The notes under the pieces were generated by a model that was given only the letters and a program-made list of their open reading frames with translations, ran no database searches and had not been told where the DNA came from. DNA of 64,000 bases. Source: Minutocellus sp. GHC0000111 (lineage: Eukaryota). The stretch is from contig OZ361259.1 in assembly GCA_977018835.1 (NCBI GenBank), forward strand, positions 1,178,001 through 1,242,000, read 5' to 3'. The translations under genes were made by a program, and so were the position numbers. This document shows, piece after piece, positions 1 to 10,723 of the stretch. Each line of letters starts with the position of its first letter. Within the stretch, counting starts at the first letter, position 1.

Positions 1-56
1 TTTGCATTGAATGAAAATTTCAGTTTGCCCGCTGAAATAAAGGACTCTCAAACAAA

Positions 57-800
57 CTAAGCATTCGGATCCATAACGTTGCCCTCCTTGTCGTACAATA
101 TCGGTACCAGTCGTTCCTGATCAACATCCAACGTGGCGCCCAGCACCTTGAGCACAGCATCATGATGCACATAAAGTTTCGGCAGACCATCCTCCAAGGC
201 ATCTGCCGGTGGTTTTGGCGTTTCGCCATCCTCCATCACTTCCAGCGATACTGCCTCGTCATTTGGATGGAGGGCCGAAGCTCGAAGAAACGAAAATCCA
301 AATACCATCCGAGGCTCACCCGTCGTGGATTGGCTGTAGGTCAGCTGGATGCCAATGATTGCATCGTCCGATTTATTTCCGTCTTCATTGCTCTGGTTTG
401 AGGTAACATTCTCCAACAATGACTTGAAGAAGGTTCGAGCCTTGGGAGTCAATGCAACCGCGGCCTTTCGTGGTATGAACTTTCGTCTGCGATTGCTTCG
501 ACGTGTCTTGCCTTGACTGCTTGATGGGTTGTCTCCAATCCCACCGCTGAATGGCGACGATAGGAGTGAGGCAGATGCGGAATAACGACGAACTGGTCTG
601 GAATTGTACTGCCGACGTTGGGCAAACGTCGAGCAAGAGACCGATGGTGCAGATGCCGAGGCCGACGAAGAATGAGGGCAGAGCAACTCGTGCCGGCAAG
701 AGACTGCCCTGGCCGCAGCAGCTGGCAAATGTCCGGCTGATCTAGCCACGGCCAATGGCATCAGCTGACGTCCAACTGCATGTCTTGATCGAATCATCAT
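57..800 (-). CDS. HesB/IscA (A-type Fe-S carrier)-like protein lacking the conserved cysteines, with a mitochondrial-type presequence; copy 1 of 3
   Basis: The N-terminus is Arg/Ser/Ala-rich. The core AVALTPKA...IGIQL...GEPRMVFGFSF...DE...KLYVHHDAVLKVLGATLDVD...DPNA follows the IscA/HesB pattern but stops at the NPNA-equivalent with no CxCG. First ATG at 800. Confidence 0.6.
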   Translation of the reverse strand: MMIRSRHAVGRQLMPLAVARSAGHLPAAAARAVSCRHELLCPHSSSASASAPSVSCSTFAQRRQYNSRPVRRYSASASLLSSPFSGGIGDNPSSSQGKTRRSNRRRKFIPRKAAVALTPKARTFFKSLLENVTSNQSNEDGNKSDDAIIGIQLTYSQSTTGEPRMVFGFSFLRASALHPNDEAVSLEVMEDGETPKPPADALEDGLPKLYVHHDAVLKVLGATLDVDQERLVPILYDKEGNVMDPNA

Positions 801-2153
801 CAACACAGTATCGATCGGGCAGGAGCGAACGGCACCGGCGGTATCGGTACCGAGGAATGAGGCAGGTTGTTGCCACTGGCTGCTGCTGCAGGGCCGCCAT
901 GGCCAGGCTCATTTTTGTCGCGATGGAAAGACCTGATGATGGAGAGTGGATCGAGATGGAAGCAACGGTCGAAGCAAAGCGCCAGAAGTCACACATCAAC
1001 GGCACGGAACCATGACGACGATGGTCGTTGGTGGCAGCACTGCTGTGGCGGCACCCTTTCTTCTCTCCGGGACCGGCAAACGCAGGTCGTGAGGTCATAT
1101 CGACCCACGATTTGAGCTCAAGACTGCAAATGACGCAACAATGCCATGACGCGGCAAGGCGGAATTGGTCGAAGGAGCCAAAGCAGCGTTCCTCTGTGCC
1201 ATTCGACGGTTTGCCACAATCAGCTGTTGAAGGATATCTCTGATGGGATGTGGTATTTGGCTTTCTTTCGGTTATTGGTACCCCAAAATTATCATGTTTG
1301 CATGTTGTTGCAATTAGCAAATTTCGCAAAATCGCAGCTTGAAAACATTATGGCTTGAAAAATATTTTTCAGTTTTTCGCCGTTTTGCATTGCAGTTTGG
1401 ATTTTTTTCGTCGTTGGCTCTCATTTTTCCAGTCCTGCTCGACAACTCAACCAGAGAAGAGAGAAACGAGCCGATAGAGAAGAACCCACCCAAACGATGG
1501 AAGAGCCTGCTCAAGAGAACCAGGCCGTTGCTGCTGCTGGTGGCGTTGCGGTAGCGGCGGCTGGTGCTGCTGCTGGCGGCGGTGACGATGCCGTCAATGT
1601 AGCGGCGGCTGGAGCAAATCAAGAAGGCAATGACGGCAGTAATATCGAGGCCTCGGCGGAGAATTCAAACGGCAACCAGAACGGTGAGGAGGCGATGGAC
1701 GTCGATACAGCAGCTACTGCCGCTACTGCGGCTCCGTCCTCTCGCTATTCCCTCCGCAAGAGGAAGCCGCTACTGGCAGTCCAAGGCAGCAATTCGACTT
1801 CAGTTGCTGGCGGCGGGAATTCCAGCTCCAATTCAAATTCCAGCTCAGCCGTGCCAGATGCCGACCCCTTTGGCTACGTCAACACGGCCGCCCTCACCGA
1901 CCGGCAATTCGAAAAGATGCTGGCCAAATACGAGGAGGACGGCGTCCGCGAACGAGCTCAGAAGAAGCTGCGGCTCGAGAGAGGATACGGCGATGACGAC
2001 TATCCGTACGAGGCGCCGCCCGAGGGCTGTCCTCCGTTCAGTTCGTTGCCCAAGGAGGCCATTCAGCTGGTATTTGAACTGCTGCCCAGTGTCCGGTCGG
2101 TGTTCAACCTCGCGTTTCAGTCCAAGTACATGTTGTCGTTCGTCGAGGAGAGA
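57..2153. repeat. Left arm of an inverted segmental duplication (right arm ~32390-34406)
   Basis: The IscA-like gene, divergent intergenic DNA and F-box exon 1 align at nucleotide level with the reverse complement of ~32390-34406. Confidence 0.9.
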
Positions 2154-4008
2154 GTATAGTAAGTCCGGTTGCTCTAAGTTCATCGCCATATGTCATCATC
2201 ATATTGCCAATGCTCAGTCCTCACCATTTCTCTTTCAACGTCACACATTATCCACGTTCTACCCTTATTCATCTACTAGACCGACATCATCATTCGTGCT
2301 GCCATCCACGAAAATGCCGGCAATGGCAATATGAACCAGCTTCGGTATGCCATGGAGCGCATGAACAAACTTGTCAACGATCGTGCCATCCACGTTCCAA
2401 GTCCCATTCGTTTACTTCGCCTTCTCTGTGCCAAGCGGTGCGAACGTGGTTCGAACTGTTGGTGCTACGACCTCAAGACCGAGCAATCATCGTCCAAGAA
2501 TGTGGAAACTTCGTGTGTGTGGCTTTTCGGCTTTGCTCTTTGTTCTCAGTGCTCATCTGATGTTGGTGTTCCGCTCACAAATTGGTGGAACCACTGGGCT
2601 CGACTCGAGGACAAGATTGCCGGGGCGAATTGGAACCAGCTCCTCAACCCCAACAATGCTGCTGATCTAGTCATTGGACCCAACGGCGAGAATATCGGTC
2701 CTCGGTTCAATGCGCTGCAAGTAATCCAGATTTGCGCGACGCATGTTGGGGATCGTGACAAGCAGAAGGAGGTCTTCGAAGCACTTGTCAAAAGGTTGTA
2801 TGGAGAGGAAGGCAGCGACGAGTTGGTCGCGTACGAGCAGACGTGCGGAGAGTTTGTGCAAATTTATGAAACGGCACAGAGTGATCTCAAGGCATGGGAA
2901 AGAGCAAAGGAAAATCGAGAGCGCGAAGAACGCAAGCGTCGCAATGAGGAGGCTATTGCGAAAAAGAAGAAAAATCTCCTGCCCCTAATCTCGGCCCTCG
3001 AGGAAACTGTCGCCGACGAGCCACTGAAGGATCTTGCTCTTGACTTTGAATGGCAAAATTCACAAAGTAATCCGATCAAATTCGCCTGCTCTTTCGTATC
3101 TGGGCCGTTTGGTAGAATGTTCGAGGCCCCTTCTTCCTCCACGAAGAAGAAGCTCAAAGCTGCCTTGACCGCGGTTAGGGAGCGGCTTCAAATCCTCTCA
3201 GATAACGAAGACTTTACTTCTCTCGCCTTTCTGACGCCTTTGATTGACTCCAACGTAACTTGGAAAAAGAGATTCCTTCAGAAAGTGCTGGCCCACTGCC
3301 AGGAAAAGAATGTGAACAGCCTTCAGGGTCTTGTTAAGAGTCCGCGCACTTGGAGGAGTGGGCGCCACACTGACCGCCATAATCTCAATGACGACTTTTT
3401 CCGCATGCTCGACGAGAAGAAATACTTTGATGCAAGTAAGTGAAAGGGCTATGATTGGAAACTTAGCTTATCTTTTGTGGCGTTCTTTTCTCATCTCATC
3501 CGCATCTTTTCTTTCCTTTGTAGTCCTTCACATCCTTATGAATCGCAACGATTTGAACGACCTTGTTGCTGATACCTTCGTGTTTTCAGATTCTCCGAAT
3601 GCTGGCAAGCGCCGCGATCTCGCCAGAAAAGTATGGCGCAAGGTCAAGAAAGGAAGGTGTTACCTGACAGAGCAGTCCTTCACCGAGACGTTGAAACGAT
3701 GCCGTCGAGAATTCACGACAATGGCGAACAATATGTCTTTCTTCCTCGAGCGGCAGTCGGTGAAGGACTACATTGCAGCGGATCCAGCACCCAGCTGGCG
3801 TACCTCACGAAAGTACTCCGTGGAGTCTCTATGGAATCCCTTTACATCCCGATTTCGTCGATTGCGTAATATCAACGTTCCTCAGGCCCTTGCCCAGGTT
3901 ACTCCGTACGAATTGCTTTTGAATAGGGAATATGATCTCTTGCTGCAGGCTGCGCAATACTACGAGAGTGTACTCAGTATCTGCCCTCATGAATACGAGA
4001 ATCTTTGA
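1497..4008 (+). CDS. F-box-like protein with Cys-rich (putative Zn) region; join(1497..2153,2280..3435,3524..4008)
   Basis: F-box-like FSSLPKEAIQLVFELLPSVRSVFNLAFQSK, plus CAKRCERGSNC and LCSQC. GT-AG introns 2154-2279 and 3436-3523 join three ORFs in frame. The first junction is shared with the paralog at 30576-33019. Confidence 0.7.
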
Positions 4009-4099
4009 ATGCAGGACTTCGTTGCCATTGACTCGCAAACATATTTCATAGTGAGAAGATAATTGCCTTCGCGTTCATTCTCGTTCTTTATCTACGTAG

Positions 4100-5761
4100 C
4101 TAACCACAGCCCGAATTTAGAGATAGAGACATTTCAAGGCTCTTGAATGTCATTATGCGTTGCGTACAATCATCGCCTTCCACCTGAAGCAGACAACCAC
4201 CTAGGTCCATCTCAAAATATTCCGCTCCTCCTTCATCGTCCTCCTTTTCTCCATCGGTCGCCTTGACAACCTTGCTCAATCTAGCATCAATCTCAAGCCT
4301 TGCATCATTCGGCCTCTCCAAACGGTATCCCAATCGTTCTGTCTTGGCTTGACGATACAAACGCTTCCTCCTCCGCTTTGCCCTGCCGACATCCATCAAC
4401 GGGTCGGGAACTCTGACTGTTCTTCCTCTTCCCCCAGCCTTCTCCCAAAGCTGGATATTGCCAAATTGACGCAGATGACCTGCGACAATACCTGATGGAG
4501 GCAACGGCGGTGGTGATCTCTCCCCATCAATACCGGCATCATCGCCATCATCCTCGGGAATCTCGTGAAGAAGCTCCTTGTCCAATTTCCTTTGCTCTTC
4601 CTTGCTCAACTCGCAGCTCGTCCATTCCAGCTCGGAATAAGGGCACGGCGGCCGTGGTACTACCTGAGGTTGACCCTCAGCATCGTCGGTCCTTTCATTC
4701 TCATCTGATCTCTGTCGCTTCCGGCCAGTAGACCCCTCCAAGGTTTCAGAATCCGATTCTTCGTTGGTTTCCGCAGAAGCTTCAACAGCACTGCTTGGTA
4801 GTTTTCTCCCCGAGGCGATTTCCGCCGTGGTGCTAGCCCCAACACGGCTACTGGCCATCCGTTCGCAATTGTACTGCACCGTCTTCTCCAGCAAGCTCTT
4901 GGGATACAGCCACCTGTTGTTGTCAATCAAATTGCCCATCTGTTGTCCGACGTTGCGTCGCCAGGCATCGGCTTGCTCGTTCTTGGCCTTGATCTCCTCT
5001 GCGGAAGTATGGATCATGGTGGTAGCCAGAGATGCCGACAGGACTGGATTGGAAGGGATCTTCTCTGCCAGAATTCCAAATGGATTGTTTCCAATGAGCA
5101 GAGCTGGGGGAGTAATCAAGCGTGATATGGCAACTTCCGGCGTGATGGCTTCGGACGCGTCGGCGAGGTCGGCCAATATCGACGACGACTCCGTTGCTGC
5201 TGTGCTATCTCCGATCTCCTCCCCATCTTGTTGATCGGCGGCTGCAGAATCGTTTACTTCTCTGATCGTATCTTCTTGATCGGAGTTATCTTCCTCTGCT
5301 GCTTCATCATCTTCCAAGAATTTGCCAGCCTGAATCACCTCAATCGCAATGTCGGCAGACGATGGAAGACCGTCGTGACCCTCCTTACCCCGCCTCAAAC
5401 ATTCCGCCCACTTTCGCCCTACTCGCTCTGCAAACGCATATGCCGTGTCAATATCTGTTTGCGTAACTTCAATCTCCTCATTATTCTTTGCATTTGCAGC
5501 AGCATATCGGCCGGCACTCTCGGTCGGCTCGTCTTCGATGCTGCTGATGCTCCCATCGTCGTAGTGGTGGTTCTGTGCACGTTCCCGTCGCTGTTGTAGG
5601 GTGTGCTCAACCACAATCTTTCTCAGGGCGCTAGCAGCTGCTTCGCGGAGGACGGATCGGATCCACGATCGTTGTATTGCATGTGACGACTGCTGCGCCT
5701 GGCAAAGGTAGATTGGTGCTTCGATGTTCGTCGTGGTGGCGGCGGTCGGCGGGTCGGTCAT
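4100..5761 (-). CDS. Hypothetical acidic, largely low-complexity protein (553 aa) with basic NLS-like segments
   Basis: Long ATG-initiated ORF with RKRQR and RAKRRRKR; no domain recognised. Confidence 0.6.
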   Translation of the reverse strand: MTDPPTAATTTNIEAPIYLCQAQQSSHAIQRSWIRSVLREAAASALRKIVVEHTLQQRRERAQNHHYDDGSISSIEDEPTESAGRYAAANAKNNEEIEVTQTDIDTAYAFAERVGRKWAECLRRGKEGHDGLPSSADIAIEVIQAGKFLEDDEAAEEDNSDQEDTIREVNDSAAADQQDGEEIGDSTAATESSSILADLADASEAITPEVAISRLITPPALLIGNNPFGILAEKIPSNPVLSASLATTMIHTSAEEIKAKNEQADAWRRNVGQQMGNLIDNNRWLYPKSLLEKTVQYNCERMASSRVGASTTAEIASGRKLPSSAVEASAETNEESDSETLEGSTGRKRQRSDENERTDDAEGQPQVVPRPPCPYSELEWTSCELSKEEQRKLDKELLHEIPEDDGDDAGIDGERSPPPLPPSGIVAGHLRQFGNIQLWEKAGGRGRTVRVPDPLMDVGRAKRRRKRLYRQAKTERLGYRLERPNDARLEIDARLSKVVKATDGEKEDDEGGAEYFEMDLGGCLLQVEGDDCTQRIMTFKSLEMSLSLNSGCG

Positions 5762-6349
5762 GTTTTGTCGCGTCGCACTAAATGTGCTACGTAGTTTCGG
5801 GCGTTAAAAAGATACCTCAAAAAGAGGGCTGCAGCACAATCACAAACACTTATTCGGTATTGATAGAGCGGACTGTCGAATCCTGGTACTTCGCTCAACA
5901 ATCGACCGATCTGCCGCCTCCTCGGCCGCAAGGCTGCTGCCTGCTGGATGGATGTGGCCGTGGGCTCATCTTATCTTCGCCGACTTCGCCGACAGGCCGC
6001 ACCAGTCTTCCTGCTGAAGTCGTTGATCCTCACTTTAGTTTGAGACGGATCATGTTAGTTCGTGGGTGGAGATGCACCTAAAGACGGAATGAGTGGCACA
6101 TACCTTTGTCTCTTTTATATCATTTCACCGTTATGTATGCTACCTGCGCCACGTTGCTTGTACTCCATCAGACCAACGGCCACTTCGAGCAAAATTTCGA
6201 GATGCCATTTGGAGGAGTCGAGCCTCTTCATCGTTCCAACAAGATCAATCTGCATCAGTGCGATTGCCTCTCAGCTCGATTCTGATCTCATTCATCCAGA
6301 GTTGATCTCAATGATACACTATTAAGCACACTTCAATCCACATTAGAAC

Positions 6350-7420
6350 ATGACCATCACTTCAATCTCAAAAATCGCCACTGCCACGGCCTTTCTCCTT
6401 CTTCTTGCAAGGTCCAACGCCCAAATTCCAACGGTATCACCAACGACTGCCATTACATCGCCTCCAACATCATTTCCTACTTTAACGCCAACTATCACAC
6501 CTTTGGAATGCGCAGATGATGACCAACGCGATTACCGCGGCTTTGTCAGCACTACCAAGTCCGGACTGACCTGTCAGAAGTGGACCGAACAATCGCCTCA
6601 GAGCCACACTCGTACTCCAGAAAACTTTCCCAACGCAGGTCTCGGAGATCACAACTATTGCCGCAATCCCGATCTGGAGATTGCTGCCTGGTGCTACACG
6701 ACCAGCCCGACCGGTCCTCGTCGCGATTTGTGCAGCATCCCCCCGTGCAATCCAACTGCGAGCCCCTCGTCGGTACCGAGTTCTGAGCCCAGTGGTGCTC
6801 CCACTTCCACTCCCAGCGATGTGCCCAGTGATACTCCTAGTTCTGCGCCCAGCGATGTTCCCTCCTCACTTCCTTCTTGCACACCCTCAAATTTGCCATC
6901 AGAAGAGCCATCGGCCAATCCAACGGCATCTCATCAGCCATCGACGTCGCACCGGCCCACATATGGCAAGGGCTCTGGCAAATCGAGTCGCAGCACCGGA
7001 AAAGGCGGATCCTACTCCTCTGGCAAAGGTTCCAAGTCATCTTCTGGCAAAGGAAAGGGCGGCACGCAATGTGGTCAGACGGCCAAAAGTTCCAAGTCAT
7101 CGTCGGCATATGCTTCCGGCAAGGGAAAAGGTGAAGTGAAGATTCTTCGTACAAGTATCTTTGAGCGCGAAGGCACCACCGGTGATGACCAAGCTGGTGT
7201 TACCAATCCATCTGTCCCCGCACCCGTTCCTGCCCCTCTACCCCTTCCGGTGACAAGTCTTCCCGCCGGTTCCATGGTCTTGTCGAGATCGAATTCTCTT
7301 ATCGCTTCGGAGATCCAAGCTATGGCCAGCAGCTCGTCCTCTGGAATTGGAGTTGGGGCTTCTAGCAAGTTGATCTCGGCCTTCGCCATCGTTTGTTGCA
7401 CTATGTCTTTCACAATTTAG
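6350..7420 (+). CDS. Secreted/surface kringle-domain protein with PS/PT stalk, Lys-Ser-Gly tract and hydrophobic C-terminus (possible GPI signal)
   Basis: Signal peptide; canonical kringle motifs DYRG...SGLTCQKW...HNYCRNPD...WCYT...LCSIPPC; PSxxPS repeats; GKGSGKSS...SSGKGSKSSSGKGKG. Confidence 0.85.
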   Translation: MTITSISKIATATAFLLLLARSNAQIPTVSPTTAITSPPTSFPTLTPTITPLECADDDQRDYRGFVSTTKSGLTCQKWTEQSPQSHTRTPENFPNAGLGDHNYCRNPDLEIAAWCYTTSPTGPRRDLCSIPPCNPTASPSSVPSSEPSGAPTSTPSDVPSDTPSSAPSDVPSSLPSCTPSNLPSEEPSANPTASHQPSTSHRPTYGKGSGKSSRSTGKGGSYSSGKGSKSSSGKGKGGTQCGQTAKSSKSSSAYASGKGKGEVKILRTSIFEREGTTGDDQAGVTNPSVPAPVPAPLPLPVTSLPAGSMVLSRSNSLIASEIQAMASSSSSGIGVGASSKLISAFAIVCCTMSFTI

Positions 7421-7611
7421 TTCCGTGCATCTTTATATACCACCTTCTATATACCACCTTCGATGCAGTGACGAGAAAAGTTCCCAAAGAGGCAAGCATG
7501 TATGTGAGACTTGCCCTAACCATACTTAGATATGTCAAGTTCTATGCAAGTCTATGTCTATTTAGGATGCATGCGAAAAGCACTCACCGACTCAATCGAG
7601 TCATATCTGAC

Positions 7612-9201
7612 CTACTTTTTGCTATTCTCGAGAGCGGCAAGTTCTGCTTCAATCTCTTTGAGTCGCTCTTCAGCAGCCTTTCGTAGCTCACTCAGAGACT
7701 CTGCAACATCCTCCTTGTCCTCAACCTTGGTGGCCTTGGGAGCTTCTGGCTTGGAAGGAACAGGGGCAGGAACTGTTTCTGCTGGCTTCGCGTACTGATT
7801 CGTGGCCGTCGATGGCGGAACGTCCGTCCACTCTCCATACAATCCACGCTCGGCAATGTACCCGAGTGGCTTTTCAAGCGGCTTTTCTCCGGCATCGGCC
7901 GCAGCCTTCTCAATTGCATAGATGCACTCGCCGAGATTGCCGCCCCGTTCCAGAGCGTCGACGAGTGCGTCGTAGCTAGCCTTGTAGGTCCTCAGTAATA
8001 GTACAGCCTGAAGCGCACCCCATCGGGCCTGATTTTTGATGCGCTCGGCATCCCAGGAAACGGCCCCACCGCCCCGAGGGTTGATGCTCGATAAGAATCT
8101 AACCAATGCCATCTCGTCACCGGCACCGCCATCGGCTCGGCCAAAGTTGATCGCCTCAGCAGCGATACCACCCATGACAATTACCGAATACCGATCGATG
8201 CTGGTTCGGCTTAGCGGCCGTTGTCCATTCATCTCCTCGCTAAGATCTCTGTCAAAAAAGGAAGTGCCGGCCGATACTGTTGTAGATCGGCCTCCAAATC
8301 GAGCATCTTGAAGAGCTGCCCAGCTCGAGAGGACACATCCTTCTACTGGACAGCCAAGGAGGTACGCGGACAAGAAATGTCCTGCTTCGTGCCGAAGGAT
8401 CTTCTTTCTGTATTCGGGCATGACGGTCCTGACTGCTGTCTCAAAAATAGCGCCATTGACTAAGAGCTTGTCCAAAAAAGCCAAAGTGATGGTACTCAGC
8501 ACCAAGAAATTGAGATCAATTCCAGTCGAAAGGGAAACAAATCCTTCCGTGATGGCCAGTATGATTCCACCGATGAGGAAAGTGTTGGTCGGCTTGGGCG
8601 TCAGACTGAGCATTTCCATCTCAGTAATTTGCTCCAACAGAGTGGGTGTTACAATTTTTGAGCCCATTGCCGGAAGTGGATGGTCCTTTCGACCAGCAGC
8701 GCCAAACAACTTCAATTGTCCGGCATCGGCCAACGCCATGTACAGCTCCGTCATTTCATTTCTCGAGGGTGATATCGGCGGGTACTGCGCCGTCATCATG
8801 TCGAGCGTTGCGCGATTGTTCACTGTGTTCTCCTCGGCTTCCGACGTTCGTACTTCAATCGCGTCAAAGATTCGTTGGAATCGATCCCGCGGAATGGACA
8901 TGTCGGGATGATTCTTGAGCGTGCGGGTTGCTGCTCGCAGATTTGGCTGCTTGTCGCCCTGGTCGATTGATATGTACTCATCAAACAACTTCTCGTCGGG
9001 AGAGGATTGGTCGGTGTCTCCTTTTAGTGCCATTTGTAGCTGGTGTGATGCTCTCTGAGGAGCCATTGAATGCATACTGCGCAATTGATTTGCTCTCTGG
9101 CCTTGTCTTGGCAGTGCTGATGATTGTGACGGAACAACAAAGGCATCGGCGGTAAATGTCGGAGAAAGAAGAAAAGCAAGAGCCGACATAGCTGATGCCA
9201 T
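7612..9201 (-). CDS. Plastid-targeted FtsH/peptidase M41-like zinc metalloprotease without AAA domain (VIR3-like family)
   Basis: Bipartite presequence (TADA-FVVP), two TM segments, HEAGHFLSAYLLG zinc motif, MGGIAAE and GGAGD. Confidence 0.8.
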   Translation of the reverse strand: MASAMSALAFLLSPTFTADAFVVPSQSSALPRQGQRANQLRSMHSMAPQRASHQLQMALKGDTDQSSPDEKLFDEYISIDQGDKQPNLRAATRTLKNHPDMSIPRDRFQRIFDAIEVRTSEAEENTVNNRATLDMMTAQYPPISPSRNEMTELYMALADAGQLKLFGAAGRKDHPLPAMGSKIVTPTLLEQITEMEMLSLTPKPTNTFLIGGIILAITEGFVSLSTGIDLNFLVLSTITLAFLDKLLVNGAIFETAVRTVMPEYRKKILRHEAGHFLSAYLLGCPVEGCVLSSWAALQDARFGGRSTTVSAGTSFFDRDLSEEMNGQRPLSRTSIDRYSVIVMGGIAAEAINFGRADGGAGDEMALVRFLSSINPRGGGAVSWDAERIKNQARWGALQAVLLLRTYKASYDALVDALERGGNLGECIYAIEKAAADAGEKPLEKPLGYIAERGLYGEWTDVPPSTATNQYAKPAETVPAPVPSKPEAPKATKVEDKEDVAESLSELRKAAEERLKEIEAELAALENSKK

Positions 9202-10723
9202 CGTTGCCGAAGGCCTGCATGCTCGAATGTGACTACAATTGTATTTTGAATTTGCATGTGTTGTGAATGGAGAGAATGATAGAATTATGTGTGATCAAAG
9301 GAGTATTACAACAGAGAACACCGCAATCATTATTTCCTTTCATTATGTGATTGTAACAGAATCAATAAAGCGATTGGAGGTGGATGATATCTCCAACCAC
9401 AAGCGGAATCTGCAGTATACGCGTCTATTCTTGCATCTTGTATGTAATTTACACCCTCGCATAACAACGGAATTGTGTTCGGGGATGCTCTAGAGATGCT
9501 TGGCTTCTAGAAATGCTCAACCGAAAGGAAAATTCGAACGGCGGAAATGCTCCGCCGATTGGGGCGCAAGTTAAGTTCCTTGAAACTCCCGAGTGTATAC
9601 GTGGAGAGATGTGCTCACCTCATGGACTGACACATGATTCTTTCTTCACGGATGATAACTTCAGTTTCAATCTATGAATCAGTGCAGCTCGAGAACAATA
9701 TGGTGATCTTGTGAGCTGATTCTCCCCAAGAGTCAGCCAGCTGGTTGTCTTGTATCGTGCCTTCTTCGACCTTCCACGAGATGCGATGGAATGAGTCAGA
9801 GGGGAGAGGTCGGTGTTGGAGAATATGTCAACGACGTGAAAGTGGAGATTCTGAATCGAATCGACTGATGCACGAGCAAAACAAAACAATTCTGCGCTGA
9901 CTGGTTGTCTGCGTCGATGAGTTGGCTGGCAGCGTTGTGTGCGTCAGGCGAGCCCACTGATTCGATACGCCATCTACTGATGCACACCGAACACCTCGCG
10001 CTCGGCTCGGCCTCGTCATCGTCATCGTCGTGGATTTCGGCTTCTCGTGTTTTTTGAGGTTCACTTCGAACGTCATCACTTTCTTCCTGAGACAGTTTCG
10101 ACGCTTGTTGCGATATTTGTAGCCACTAAGGCGCGGCTGGCGTGAAAGAAAGAACCGTGACCACTTCAGTTGACGAAGTTTGAGACGAAGCAACCGAGAG
10201 GAGGACAAGTGGTTGCCGCCTTTGCATTGCCATACTGGCCAGAGGATCGGACTGTCGTGGCGCATTTTGCATGCTGCTTTGAGAGCTGATCAGTCAGGAA
10301 AACTCGCTTCAATTAGTTACCGCGCGCTCTCGAGGAGGGTCGGGAGCTTCTGCCCGCCCTCACGTTTTCGTCACGAAGCTTGAACGCTTTGTGCTCGTCC
10401 TCGTCCCCAAGTAAAGCGTCTGCGCTTGACAGGGCCTTGGATAAGCGTGCGTTGGGCGCATCTATCTCTGAATCGTCTGAGAAGTATCTACGTCACAGTT
10501 TTCGACAGCACATCTTGTGCTCGAAATTTTCGGACTGATTACAGTACTCGTAAGCCGTCGGCCAAGCAGGGGGCGGCCCCACGAGAGAACTGTTCTAGCT
10601 AGAGGCCAGGCAAGAAATAGAGTTTGTTCGTTGAGACGCACTTTCGCTCTTTGAGGCCTACCCTGGTGAACTTGGCTATAGCACGTGATTCTCAAGTACA
10701 GGTCAGCTCATCTCAGTCCGAAC

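Noticed and set aside
9500..10680. Short ORFs with an acidic patch and CSVC, possibly a gene remnant
   Set aside because: No coherent frame, splice pattern or family motif could be supported.
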